From Thermoanaerobaculia bacterium (lineage in GTDB: Bacteria > Acidobacteriota > Thermoanaerobaculia > UBA5066), in NCBI GenBank assembly GCA_963816185.1, contig CAWFJJ010000006.1:1326-65325 (forward strand): a stretch of DNA of 64,000 nucleotides. Direction: 5' to 3'. The notes under the pieces were generated by a model. That model was not told the DNA's origin. It searched no databases and saw only the letters and a program-made list of their open reading frames with translations. Position 1 is the stretch's first letter. Each line of letters starts with the position of its first letter. Positions 1 to 10,100 of this stretch are shown piece after piece. The position numbers were made by a program, and so were the translations under genes.

Positions 1-426
1 ATCGTCGCCCGTCACCTGGATCTGCGCGGCGAAGGCGCAGCTTTCATCGCCGGTCCGGCGCGCGGCCTTGCGATTCGCGGCCGACACCGTGTACGCGACG
101 CCTCCGAGCGATCCTCCGCTCTGGGCAAGGAGCTCCGTCGTGAGAGGCACGGGTTCGTCCCGACCCTGCACGACGGCCCAAAGCTCGAAGAAGGGAGCCA
201 CGGGACGGAACGCGGTACCGTCGCGAAACTGGATCGAGGAGGGGATGGTCGGCTGTACGGAGCCGTCCGACTTCACGAGAAGCGTCGTGGCAGGCTGGAT
301 CATCGTCGAAGCGCCGCCGTGCGTCGAGGGGTCTTCCACCCAGACGAAGCTCTCGAGCGGAACATCGCTTCCACCCAGGCGCGCGACGGCCATCGGCGGT
401 AGAAAGAAGAGCTGTTCGATTACACT
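1..426 (-). CDS. LodA-like quinoprotein (CTQ) amino-acid oxidase family, N-terminal ~142 aa only; the gene runs off the left edge
   Basis: Minus-strand ATG at 424-426, absent from the ORF track because there is no stop in the window. Translation MSVIEQLFFLPPMAVARLGGSD..PATTLLVKSDG..YTVSAANRKAARRTG aligns by eye with the LodA N-terminus (SIGVARLGN..TTVVNFKD..WTVHLANKKAAWYEF) as recalled from memory. Confidence 0.45.
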
Positions 427-488
427 CATTCGGGAGCTCCCTGCACGTCCCGTTTCGGAATCGCTCCGTCGTCTGCCTGAGCATTGCG

Positions 489-1655
489 ATGGACAAGTTC
501 GCAAATCGCGAGGTCGTAATCGCCGGGGCCGGAATTGCGGCCGCCGCGACCGCGCTGCGTCTCGTTTCGCTCGGTTTTCTCCCGCGGCTCATCTCGCTGG
601 GCCGCACCATGACGCCGGGAGTCGAGGCCGTTCCCGAGGGTGCGTTCCCGCTGATCGCGGAGCTCGGTCTGGAGGGAGCCGTGTCCCGCGCTGGCGGAAA
701 GACTTTCGAGGGATTCGAGAACGCGTGGAACTCTTCCGCGCCCCTCGTCCGCTCCGGGCGGTGGCTTCGGGTCGAGCGGAGCACCTTCGCCGCCGCCGCC
801 ATCGAGTGTGCCGTGACGCGGGGCGCTCGCGTTTCGCGCGCGAAGAAGCTGCCCCCCGCGCCGGACGGCTCGTTCATCGCGGTCGACGCCACAGGCCGAT
901 CCGCGGCCTGGTCGCAGCCCATCCGACGCCGGGGGAATCAGATCGCGGACCTTTTCGAGATGCCATCCTCGGTCGCCCGCGGCCGCATCGAGCGTTGCTC
1001 GGGAGGCTGGACGTATCGGGTCGGGACCACGTTGGGAGTCGTGAGCACGCACCGCGGCCGCCCGTGCGTTCCGGCCGGGGCTCGCTACATGGGCCGCCGG
1101 CCCGCGTTTCCCCAGTGGTGCGAAGAGCCGGTCCGAGGCCGCAGGATCGCCGTGGGCGACGCCGCCCTGGCCTACGATCCCCTGGCCGGTCAGGGCGTAC
1201 GGTTCGCGCTCGCGTCGGCCATCGCCGCCTCGACCGTCATCCGCGCCTGGGCCGGGACGGGCGATGCCGACGCCGCCACCCGCTTCTACCGTGACTTCGT
1301 CGCCCACGCCCGGACCCGCCACCTGGAGTTTCTCGCGAATCTGGATCGGGATGAGGCCCCCGAAGCATCGAAGCCCCTGCCCGCGCGGATTCGATTCTGC
1401 GGCCGCATCGGCAGAGCCGAGCTGAGCGTCGACTCGCGGGTCGTCACCGATCACGTGATCCTCCTCGCCGACAAGACCGCGGTCCGCTGGGTCGGCGGCG
1501 TCGATCTCCTGGAGATTTCGCGGCTGGCGCGATCGTCCATAACTTCGAAGTTCCTGATCAGCGAGCTCGAATCGGCGGGTATCGCCCCGGTCACGGCCGG
1601 GGCGGTTCTCGGCTGGTGCTTGCGCAAGGGCGTGCTCAGGGCGACGGATCGATGA
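489..1655 (+). CDS. FAD-dependent oxidoreductase (LodB-like / geranylgeranyl-reductase-fold flavoprotein) with a C-terminal PqqD/RRE-like segment
   Basis: Rossmann motif VIAGAGIAAAATALRL; GDAALAYDPLAGQGV motif of FAD monooxygenase/GG-reductase fold; divergent from the LodA-like gene with a 62-bp gap. The C-terminal ~85 aa (TAVRWVGGVDLLEISRLARSSITSKFLISELESAGIA..VLGWCLRKGVL) resembles a PqqD-type recognition element by eye. Confidence 0.6.
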   Translation: MDKFANREVVIAGAGIAAAATALRLVSLGFLPRLISLGRTMTPGVEAVPEGAFPLIAELGLEGAVSRAGGKTFEGFENAWNSSAPLVRSGRWLRVERSTFAAAAIECAVTRGARVSRAKKLPPAPDGSFIAVDATGRSAAWSQPIRRRGNQIADLFEMPSSVARGRIERCSGGWTYRVGTTLGVVSTHRGRPCVPAGARYMGRRPAFPQWCEEPVRGRRIAVGDAALAYDPLAGQGVRFALASAIAASTVIRAWAGTGDADAATRFYRDFVAHARTRHLEFLANLDRDEAPEASKPLPARIRFCGRIGRAELSVDSRVVTDHVILLADKTAVRWVGGVDLLEISRLARSSITSKFLISELESAGIAPVTAGAVLGWCLRKGVLRATDR

Positions 1656-1839
1656 GGGGCTGGAGCGGTCGGCGTCCTCTGTCCTCGTTTTGGGACTGCG
1701 TCTCAATATGGGCAGTAGCAGCGTCTCTGTCAAGGGTTCGCGGCGGATGAGCCCTCCCGAAAATTGCGCGAGCGACGAAGTCCGGGGTCAAACGCCCGGA
1801 TTCACTTGTCCGAATACCTGAGACACAGGGAGGTCACTC

Positions 1840-2178
1840 GTGGCACGTCACGATTTGAAACCAGGGCTCATGGGCGCCGGGCTCATCCGGGCGCTCGTCG
1901 TCGTCCTCGCCTTTGCGCGCGCCCCTCTCGACGCTCAGCGTCCCGATACATCCTGCAACGACAAGGCTCCGAGCGAGTGCGCGAACGTGAAGTTTCTGGG
2001 GGAAAGCGACGGCTGCGCGTGCTTCGTCTGCAACCCGAACACCCCGAAGCGCAAGGTCGTCTGCACCAAGAATGCCGCCGAGAAGAGAGCTCTCTACAAG
2101 CTTCGCGACCAGGCGGTAAAGCCTGCTTCAGCCGGAGCGGGCCCGACCGCTGGAAAGGCTTCCAGGAGGGATCTGTGA
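1840..2178 (+). CDS. small secreted Cys-rich protein (signal peptide plus 7 Cys), hypothetical
   Basis: GTG start 6 nt after AGGGAGG; N-terminal hydrophobic signal (LMGAGLIRALVVVLAFARAPLDAQ); C..C..CxC..C..C pattern. Confidence 0.5.
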   Translation: MARHDLKPGLMGAGLIRALVVVLAFARAPLDAQRPDTSCNDKAPSECANVKFLGESDGCACFVCNPNTPKRKVVCTKNAAEKRALYKLRDQAVKPASAGAGPTAGKASRRDL

Positions 2179-2813
2179 GCGCCACACAGCCGTCAGCTTC
2201 CCGAGAAGACGTCGCGCAGATGATCGAAAAGGCGAAGGCCGAGATCATCGCGGCCTTACCACGAGATGACTCTCGCGTCTGGAAGCTGACCTCCCTCATT
2301 CTTCCGATCGTCCTGACGAGTCTCCTCGGCCTCTTCGTCTACCTCATCCAGAGCGGCATAGAAGCTCGCTTGGACGACAGCTCGAAGCGCCTTCAAGCCA
2401 CGCTGAGCCTGACGCAGGACTTCTATCAAAGCCGCCTCAAGATCTACCTGGCGATCCACGAGGGCGCCGTGAGGATCGAGGAGAAAGCGGCCATCGCGGG
2501 CGGCGTCCCCGGCGGAGATTCGGGTCTCGAGGACAACGTCATCTCGTTCCACGACGCGTATTCGATCAATTCGATCCTTCTGTCGAGGGACCTTCGGCTC
2601 CTCTTGAAAGACTTCTGGAATGACGCGACCTCGGCCGTTCGTCGGGATGAGATCAGCCCGGACGATGTCTCCAAGATCCTGTCGGGCTTCGATAGGCTCG
2701 AGTGGCAGATGAGGCGCGATCTTCTCGTCGACGAGCTCTTTCCGCCGCAAGCCCCTCCCGCCCGGACGTCCTGGCCGACCCGCGCGTCTTCCGCATCCAC
2801 GGCCTCTCCCTAG
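2175..2813 (+). CDS. single-pass membrane protein, hypothetical; translationally coupled to the upstream Cys-rich gene
   Basis: GTG at 2175 overlaps the upstream stop (GTGA); RBS CCAGGAGGG upstream; one TM helix (LTSLILPIVLTSLLGLFVYLI). The ORF track fuses it with the upstream gene in one frame. Confidence 0.45.
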   Translation: MSATQPSASREDVAQMIEKAKAEIIAALPRDDSRVWKLTSLILPIVLTSLLGLFVYLIQSGIEARLDDSSKRLQATLSLTQDFYQSRLKIYLAIHEGAVRIEEKAAIAGGVPGGDSGLEDNVISFHDAYSINSILLSRDLRLLLKDFWNDATSAVRRDEISPDDVSKILSGFDRLEWQMRRDLLVDELFPPQAPPARTSWPTRASSASTASP

Positions 2814-2883
2814 GGGCGGGACGAGCGTCAGATTCCGCTTCGTGCTTTCACCTTCCCGGCCTTGATCGCCTTTAGGCGAGTCG

Positions 2884-5133
2884 TTATTTCGCGGCGAACT
2901 CGGGGTCCCCGGCGACGCGCAGGAAGAAGGCCCACACGTCGGCAATCTGGGCTACGGCCTGGTCGCGTGTCGAGCCCATGCCGTGCCCCGCGTCGGGGTC
3001 GATCCGGATCAGCACCGGCTTGCCGCTCTCCGTCGCCGCTTGCAGACGTGCCGCCATCTTGGCCGTCATCCACGGCGCGACCCGACGGTCGTTGAGTCCG
3101 ATCGTGAAGACGACCGCCGGATACGCCCCGCGAGGCGCCACGTGCTGGTACGGATCGACCTCGAGGATCGACTTGAAGCCGGCTTCCGCGTCCGGGTCTC
3201 CAAACTCCATCTTCTGGTTCGCGCCGTTCTCGGCGGCCAGGAGGCGCAGAGGGTTGACCATACCCACGGCGATGTGGGCGCCTGCGAACAGGTCGGGCCG
3301 CTCCGTGATCGCGCGGCCGACCAGAACCCCGCCGGCGCTGCCCCCTTGAGCGAAAAGGCGCGACGGAGTCGTCAGCTTCCTGGCGACGAGGTACTCGCCG
3401 CAGGCGATGAAGTCGCGGATGCCGTTCATCTTCTTCTCGTGGCTCCCGTCGACGTGCCAGCGTTCGCCTTTCTCGCCGCCGCCGCGCACGTGAGCCACCG
3501 CGAGAACGCCGCCGCGTTCGAGCCACGCCAGGAAGGAGGGGCGGAAGAACGGCGTCGCGGAGATGCCGTAGGCGCCGTACCCATGAAGGATCGCCGGGTG
3601 CGAGCCGTCGAGGACGAGGTCCTTGCGGTGCAGGATCGACAGCGGCACGTGCGCGCCGTCAGGGCTGACCGCCTCCACTTCCTCGGCGGCAATCTGCGAA
3701 AAGTCGGCGACCGAGGTGCTGCCGATGCCGATCGCCCGGACCTGCTTCGTTTCGGGACCGTAGGCGAAATAGGTACCGGGTCGAGTCCACGTCGTGAGGT
3801 CGAAGCTCGCACCGTCGCGGAGCGCGTCCGTCGCCAGGTCGTCGATCCACCCGTCCGCCGGAAGCGCGAGCGCCGCGGCGGTCTTCGCCTTCCAGGCGAG
3901 GCGCCAGAGCTGCGCGCGACCGTTCGCCATCTTCCGGACGTAGAGCGCGTCGCGCGCCGGCGCGATCGTGTCGATGGTCGCGTTCGGGTCCTCGGCGATC
4001 TCGACGCGTGCCTTGGCGAGATCCGGGTTCTCGAGCGGCACCGAAACGAGTCGCCGGTTCGAGGCGCCCTTGTAGGTGAGAAGGTAGAGGCGGCCGCCAT
4101 GGACGACGGCGGCCTCGACGTCGTCGTCGTAGTTCGCAACCGGACGCCATGCTGTCTTCGCGCTGCCGCTGCGGTCCAGATCCGCGATCGCGGCGACGGC
4201 GAACCGGCTGTTGCTGTGGGCGCCTCCAGCGGATGCGACGAGCCAGCGCGAATCGGGCGAGGCGGAAACACCCGGGAACTCGTCCGGCGCGATTTTCATG
4301 GTCTGCGAGTCGCCGCCTTCGAGGATCAGGACATCCTTCTCGACGGGTTCGCCAAGAACATGGAGCCGCACTTTCATGTTGAGCATCGGATCGGCGCCCG
4401 ATGCCGGCGCGGCCATTTGCGTGTAGAAAAAGCCTTTGCCGTCGGGCAGCCACTCCGCCGGAAACTCGCCCCAGATCCGCTCGACGACGTCGGGAAGCTG
4501 CTTCCCGCTGTCGACGTCGATCACGTGGATCGCGCAGACTTCGCTCCCGCCGGTCGAGAGGTTGTAGGCCACGCGTGCACCGTCGGGCGACGGCGCGTAG
4601 CTGTTGAGCGAGGCATGCGTGTCCTTGCCGCCGAGCGCAGCAGGGTCGACAAGAACCTTCATCTTCGCATCGGCGTCGCGGACGGAAAGCTTGGGAAGCT
4701 GCTCCCCGGCGGCGAGAGCCAAATAGAAGGCTCGCCCGCCGGCGAGCTGCATGGAGGATGCCGTCGACGTGTCGCTCGCGAGGTGGCGCACACGTTCGAA
4801 CAGCTTCGTACGGCCGGGGACGCCCGCGAGGAACGTAGTGGTGTATGCACCCTGCGCGCGGAGCCAACCCTCGAGCTCCGGGTTCTTGGCGCCCTCCATC
4901 CAACGGTACGGGTCGACCACCTTCACGCCGAAGCGCTCCTCGACGACATCCGTCTTTCGCGCCACCGGGAGAGTCGCATGGGGCGCAACCGCGGACGGCA
5001 CGGCCTGCCGCTCTTTCGTCGTCGGCGTCGTGAGGGCCGTGGGCGACGGCTGGCCGAAGCCGGCCCGCGCGAGGAACAAGATCGTCCAGGTCAGAAGCAC
5101 GAGGCGAACCGTTCGGGTCGTCATGTGACGCAT
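2884..5133 (-). CDS. prolyl oligopeptidase family S9A serine peptidase, secreted
   Basis: 749 aa; signal peptide; N-terminal beta-propeller (VDPYRWMEG); C-terminal catalytic domain with HGYGAYGIS, GGSAGG (nucleophile Ser) and a C-terminal GHG. Confidence 0.85.
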   Translation of the reverse strand: MRHMTTRTVRLVLLTWTILFLARAGFGQPSPTALTTPTTKERQAVPSAVAPHATLPVARKTDVVEERFGVKVVDPYRWMEGAKNPELEGWLRAQGAYTTTFLAGVPGRTKLFERVRHLASDTSTASSMQLAGGRAFYLALAAGEQLPKLSVRDADAKMKVLVDPAALGGKDTHASLNSYAPSPDGARVAYNLSTGGSEVCAIHVIDVDSGKQLPDVVERIWGEFPAEWLPDGKGFFYTQMAAPASGADPMLNMKVRLHVLGEPVEKDVLILEGGDSQTMKIAPDEFPGVSASPDSRWLVASAGGAHSNSRFAVAAIADLDRSGSAKTAWRPVANYDDDVEAAVVHGGRLYLLTYKGASNRRLVSVPLENPDLAKARVEIAEDPNATIDTIAPARDALYVRKMANGRAQLWRLAWKAKTAAALALPADGWIDDLATDALRDGASFDLTTWTRPGTYFAYGPETKQVRAIGIGSTSVADFSQIAAEEVEAVSPDGAHVPLSILHRKDLVLDGSHPAILHGYGAYGISATPFFRPSFLAWLERGGVLAVAHVRGGGEKGERWHVDGSHEKKMNGIRDFIACGEYLVARKLTTPSRLFAQGGSAGGVLVGRAITERPDLFAGAHIAVGMVNPLRLLAAENGANQKMEFGDPDAEAGFKSILEVDPYQHVAPRGAYPAVVFTIGLNDRRVAPWMTAKMAARLQAATESGKPVLIRIDPDAGHGMGSTRDQAVAQIADVWAFFLRVAGDPEFAAK

Positions 5134-5177
5134 CCTTCAACAATCCTCGTGCGTCGGCAAGGTCCTCGTGCAGGCGG

Positions 5178-5969
5178 TCATCCTTTCGGTGCCGTGCCGA
5201 CCTCGAACACCTCTCGCACCTCTCCGAGCGGCGCGCCGCCTTCCCCGAAGCTCCTCTCCGCGAACCGTGCCGTGCCGTCCGTTCCAACGACGAGGGCCGT
5301 CTGGGCACGCGTCCCGTAGCCTGGGAGCAGGACGAACGCCGCAGAGAGAGCCCGCTCCCAATCCGGCGGCAGGCCCGTCGCCGGGAGGTCGCCGTCGGGC
5401 GCAACGGTCCGGTCCGCGAGAAGGTCCAGGAGCCGGCGCTCGAGGTCTTCCGCGCCGTCGGCGGTCTCGAGCGCCGCCTGGACGCGCGAGCGGGCGGTCG
5501 TCACCTTGGGCCACGGCGTTTCGAGGAGGTGATTCGAGAGGCCCCAGACGCCGGGACCGAGGAGCTTGGGGTCTCCCTCCACGTTCGAGAAGGACCATAG
5601 CTCGGCTTCGTCCGAGACGAGGAGGTTGAAACCGTGGTAACGGCCTGCGCCGGCCCGAGCCGCGGCGACATAGTCCGCCGCGGCGGCATCGCCCCGCAGG
5701 AAGTCCGCAACGAGCGCGCCGCGCGAGGGCGCGCCGTCCTTCTTCGGAGCCGACGCGTCCCGGAAGTTCGTGAGCGCGGCGAACCGGCCCCGTCGCGTGA
5801 CTCCCATCCACGTCCCGCCCGCCTCGAGGTCGCGACCCGCGAGAACATCCGGCGCGTCGGCCCACCATGCGGCCGGTGCGGCGTGGCGCGCGAAGAACTC
5901 ATCGCGGTTGGCCGCGACGGCGAGGCGCGTCCTCGGCGACGCCTCCCACGCAAGGACGATCAGGCACAT
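5178..5969 (-). CDS. NRDE family protein (DUF833 / TANGO2-like)
   Basis: MCLIVLAW..AANRDEF N-terminal signature of the NRDE family. Confidence 0.8.
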   Translation of the reverse strand: MCLIVLAWEASPRTRLAVAANRDEFFARHAAPAAWWADAPDVLAGRDLEAGGTWMGVTRRGRFAALTNFRDASAPKKDGAPSRGALVADFLRGDAAAADYVAAARAGAGRYHGFNLLVSDEAELWSFSNVEGDPKLLGPGVWGLSNHLLETPWPKVTTARSRVQAALETADGAEDLERRLLDLLADRTVAPDGDLPATGLPPDWERALSAAFVLLPGYGTRAQTALVVGTDGTARFAERSFGEGGAPLGEVREVFEVGTAPKG

Positions 5970-6098
5970 GGCGGCATGCCCATTCCTCCGAGAGCGGGCA
6001 GCCCGTCAGGCCAGAACGGAATTTCGTGCGACACGATCTCAATCGCCATATCATTTCGCGCGGTTTCCGGGCGGTTGACCGACGCCAGAGAGGTCGGG

Positions 6099-7100
6099 GT
6101 GCAGGCTCTCTTTCGGCAGGAAGTATTCCACGCGGGCAGCCGGGTGTTCCGGTGGGAGGACGTCGTCCTGGCGGCGGAGCTGTGGGGCGACTGGAAGCTC
6201 ATCGAAGAGAGGGCGCTTCAGAATCTCGCCGTCCTCGCCTCCGTGGACTCCGGAACCGAATCCGCGGTGCCGGAAGATGAGATCGACAAGGCGGCGGACG
6301 ACTTCCGGTACGAGCGGGATCTCATCACGGCCGAGGAGCTCGAGCGTTGGCTCTCACGCTGGCGCCTCGACGCCGAGACCTGGCTCGGCTGGATTCACGC
6401 CACCCTGCTCCGCGACCGTCTGCCGGGCATCGTCTTTTCAGGCCGGCCGGAAGCAGAGGTTCGTCAGGTCGAGCTGGCCGTCCTCGCCGAGGCCGTCTGC
6501 TCCGGGGAACTGGAGCGTCTCGGTCGGCAGCTCGCCGCCCGCGCCGCGATCGCAGAGCGGGAGAGAGAACGAGAGAAGGTCGCCGACGACGAGGATCGAA
6601 ACTCGGCCGGGTCGCTCGCCGAGCGTCGGGAAGTCCTCGCCCGGCTGGAGCTTTCGTACGAGCGGTTCCGTGAGGAGGTGCTCACTCCGGACGCCCTGGC
6701 TGCGCGGGTCAAGGCGCGCCTTACCGATTGGACCCGAATCAGCTGCAGCGTCCTGAGGCTTTCGGCCGAAGACGCCGCGCGCGAGGCGGCGATGGCGGTG
6801 CGCCAGGAGGGAGTCGACCTCGGAACGCTGGCGGAGGAGATCGGCGAGGCCACGGAAGACGGCGTGGAGTTTCTCGAGGAGGCGGAGCCGGAGGTCCGTG
6901 ACATCCTTCTCTCGGCGAGGCCGGGAGAGCTCGTCGGGCCGGTGAACGTCGGCGACGAGTTCGTGCTCGTCTCTGTCCGCGCGAAGACCCCGCCGGCGCC
7001 CGACGATCCCGAGGTGCTCGAGAGAGCCGAGTCGAGCCTCCTGGAAGGGCTCGTCGCACGCGAGGTCGACAACAGGATCACGTGGACATGGAAGCCGTGA
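6099..7100 (+). CDS. PpiC-type (parvulin) peptidyl-prolyl isomerase domain protein; first gene of the exporter operon
   Basis: GTG at 6099 follows GAGAGG RBS; the ORF-track start at 5634 overlaps the divergent NRDE gene and is rejected. The C-terminus ARPGELVGPVNVGDEFVLVSVRA matches the parvulin core (G.SGPV.T.FGYH). Its stop overlaps the ABC gene start by 19 nt. Confidence 0.55.
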   Translation: MQALFRQEVFHAGSRVFRWEDVVLAAELWGDWKLIEERALQNLAVLASVDSGTESAVPEDEIDKAADDFRYERDLITAEELERWLSRWRLDAETWLGWIHATLLRDRLPGIVFSGRPEAEVRQVELAVLAEAVCSGELERLGRQLAARAAIAEREREREKVADDEDRNSAGSLAERREVLARLELSYERFREEVLTPDALAARVKARLTDWTRISCSVLRLSAEDAAREAAMAVRQEGVDLGTLAEEIGEATEDGVEFLEEAEPEVRDILLSARPGELVGPVNVGDEFVLVSVRAKTPPAPDDPEVLERAESSLLEGLVAREVDNRITWTWKP

Positions 7101-10100
7101 CGAGCAAGGCGAGCTCGGCCGCCGCATCGGAGATCGAGGCGGCCCGGATCTTCCTCGACGACCTGCCGCTCCTGAAGTTCCTCTCGCCCGCGTCGCGCGC
7201 CGCCGTGACCGCGAAGTTCGTTCCCGTCGCCTTTCCCTTCGGCGCCGTCATTCTCCGCGAGGGCGACCCCGCCGACGCCTTCTTCGTCGTCGTCGCCGGG
7301 AAAGCGCGGGCGGTGAAGACGGGGGAACAGGGCGAGGAGGTTTCGCTTGGCGTACTTCGGCCCGGAGACAGCTTCGGCGAGATGGGTCTTCTGGATCCTT
7401 CAGCAAAGCGGCAGGCCACCGTACGCGCCTCGAGCGCGGCGACGGTCCTCCGGCTCGACCGGAACGCCTTCGACGCGCTTCTTTCCGGTGATCCGGAGAT
7501 CCGGACCTGCCTGGAGCTCCACGTCAGGTACCGGAGCCTCCAGAACCTCTTCCGTCTCTACACTCCTTTTTCCACCCTTCCGCCGTCCGTCCTCGCCGGG
7601 CTCCTCCACCGGTTCGAGACGATCTCCGTCGCCGCCGGTGAGGCCGTCTTTCGACAGGGGGATGGCGAGGGGCCTCTCTTCGTCGTCGAGGAAGGGCGGC
7701 TTCGCGTCTTCACCGAAGACGATGGGCACCGGCGAAACATCGCTTATCTGCGAAAAGGCGACGTCTTCGGAGAGATCTCGGCCTTCACGGGGGAACCGAG
7801 AAAGGCCACGGTCGAGGCTGTCACGCCCTGCCGGCTCCTGAGCCTTCACCCGAGCGCCTTCCGGGCGGTCACGGACGCTCACCCGGAATTTCGCGCGGCC
7901 ATCGGACGACGTATCGCCCAGTACGACTATCGAAAAGAGGCCAGGGTGCCGCTCGACTTCGCCGACGAGCTCCTGCCCGCGGAGGCGCAGGTGGAGGAGG
8001 TGGGACCCGACCAGATCGACGAGGACGCCGATCGTCCGCCGGACGAATCTTCAGCGGAGGGATCCGCCGCTCCCTTCGCGACGGAAGACGGTCGGTTCGT
8101 CAAGGGGCCTCGGCGGATCCGCCGCTTTCGCTTCGTCCGGCAGATCGACGAAATGGACTGCGGCGCGGCCTCCCTCGCGATGGTCTGCCGCCACTTCGGC
8201 CGCGCGGTGAGCCTCGCGCGGATCCGGCAGCTCCTCTTCACGTCGACTGACGGCACCAGCCTCCGGGCGGTCTGCCGCGGTGCGGAGGAGCTGGGGCTCG
8301 CCGCGCGCTCCGTCAAGGCCTCGGCGAGGCACCTGGACCAGATGCCGCTCCCCGCGATCCTGCACTGGGGCGGCAACCACTGGGTCGTCCTTTACGACGT
8401 GAGCCCGACGGAGGCTCGCGTGGCCGACCCGGGGGTCGGGCTCAGGCGCCTTCCCCGCGCGGAGGTCGAGAAGGAGTGGACCGGCTACGCCGCCCTCTTC
8501 GACTACACGGAGGCGTTCGAGAAGGCTCCGGTGGGGCGCTCCAGCTTCGCCTGGCTCACCCGGTTCTTCCGGCCGCACGCGGGCGTCCTCGCGAAGGCGG
8601 CCGGCCTCGCCCTGATCGTCAGCGTCCTGCAGATGGTCCTCCCGGTCTTCAGCCAGGTCATCGTCGACCGGGTTCTCGTCGAGCGCGACGAGGGGCTGCT
8701 CCGGATCCTCCTTTTCGGGATGGGAGGCGTCCTCGTCTTCTCGACTCTCGCGATGGTCCTGCAGCGATATCTCCTGAGCTTCGCCGCGGTCCGGATCGAC
8801 GCCTCGACGCTCGACTTCGTCACGCGGCGCCTCCTGTCGCTTCCGATGTCCTACTTCTCGACGCGGAAGACAGGCGACATCCAGCGCCGCCTCATGGGCC
8901 TCCGGCAGGTGCGAGAGCTCCTCGTCCAGTACGGGGTCTCCTCGCTGACCGCCCTCTCGCAGCTCTCCGCGGTCCTGATCCTGATGTTCGTCTACAGCCC
9001 CCTCCTCGCGGGCGTCTTTCTCGCGACCGTCCCCCTCTACGCCCTTCTCATGCGGTACTCGAGGCGCCGGCTGCGTCCCGTCTTCGACACGCTCGAGGAG
9101 GCGTTCGGAAAGTATTCCGCCCAGCAGATCGACACCATCAAGGGGATCGAGACCGTCAAGTCGCTCGGGGCCGAAGGCTCCCTCCGTCAGCTGATGCTGG
9201 AGAGGTTCCTCGGCCTCGCCCGAAAGCAGTTCCGCGCCGACTTCACGGTCATGACCTACGAAGGCGCCGTCCAGGCCGTGAGCTTCCTCTCGACCGCCCT
9301 CTTCCTCTGGGCGGGGGCCGTCCAGGTGATGCGCGGGTCGCTCACCATCGGCGGGCTCGTCGCGTTCAACACCCTCGTCGCCCTCGCGAACGCCCCGATC
9401 GGGATCCTGCTCGCGACCTGGGACCACCTCCAGTACGGAACGGTTCTCCTCGACCGCCTGAACGACGTCTTCGAGCAGAAGCCCGAGCAGGGCGACGACC
9501 GGTCCCAGCTTCTCCCGGTCCGGACGCTCGCGGGAAAGGTGTCGCTCCGAAACGTCGGCTTCCGATTCGGCGGGCCCGAGTCGCCGTTGATCCTCGACGG
9601 CCTGACGTTCGACGTGGACCCGGGAAAGATGGTGGCGATCGTCGGCCGGAGCGGCTCCGGCAAGACGACCCTCGCCAAGCTCCTCTCCGGCCTCATGGAG
9701 CCGACCGAAGGATCGATTCTTTTCGACGGAGCGGACCTCAAGACGCTGAATTACCGGGACCTCAGGCGCCGCGTCGGCTTCGTCCTCCAGGAGAACTACC
9801 TCTTCGACGAGACGATCGCCCGGAACATCGCCTTCGGCGACGGCGAGCCCGACGTGGACCGGGTCCTTTGGGCCGCCCGGGTCGCGAGCGCCCACGAGTT
9901 CGTCGAGAGGTTTCCGCTCGGCTACGACACCCGGGTCGGCGAGTCGGGCCTCGCCCTCTCCGGCGGGCAGAAGCAGCGCGTCGCCATCGCGCGGGCCGTC
10001 TACAACCGTCCCCCGGTCCTGATCTTCGACGAGGCGACCAGCTCTCTCGACACCGAATCGGAGCGGGCGGTCAAGGAGAACCTCGACCGCCTTCTGGAGG

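Noticed and set aside
1764-2813. Single 349-aa ORF from the track
   Set aside because: It is really two genes (1840..2178 and 2175..2813) plus an upstream non-coding read-through; the internal RBS and GTGA overlap support the split.
3659-5404. Long Arg/Pro/Gly-rich ORFs on the opposite strand of real genes (e.g. 3659..5404 -, 2983..5319 +, 8051..10918 -, 8476..10647 +, 56561..59119 -, 37058..39442 -)
   Set aside because: Typical high-GC antisense or alternate-frame artefacts: no motifs, extreme Arg/Gly/Pro composition, and complete overlap with well-supported genes.
5634-6098. ORF-track N-terminal extension of the PpiC-like gene (start 5634) and MPIPP start at ~5975
   Set aside because: Both overlap or abut the divergent NRDE gene start at 5969; GTG 6099 with a GAGAGG RBS is the credible start.
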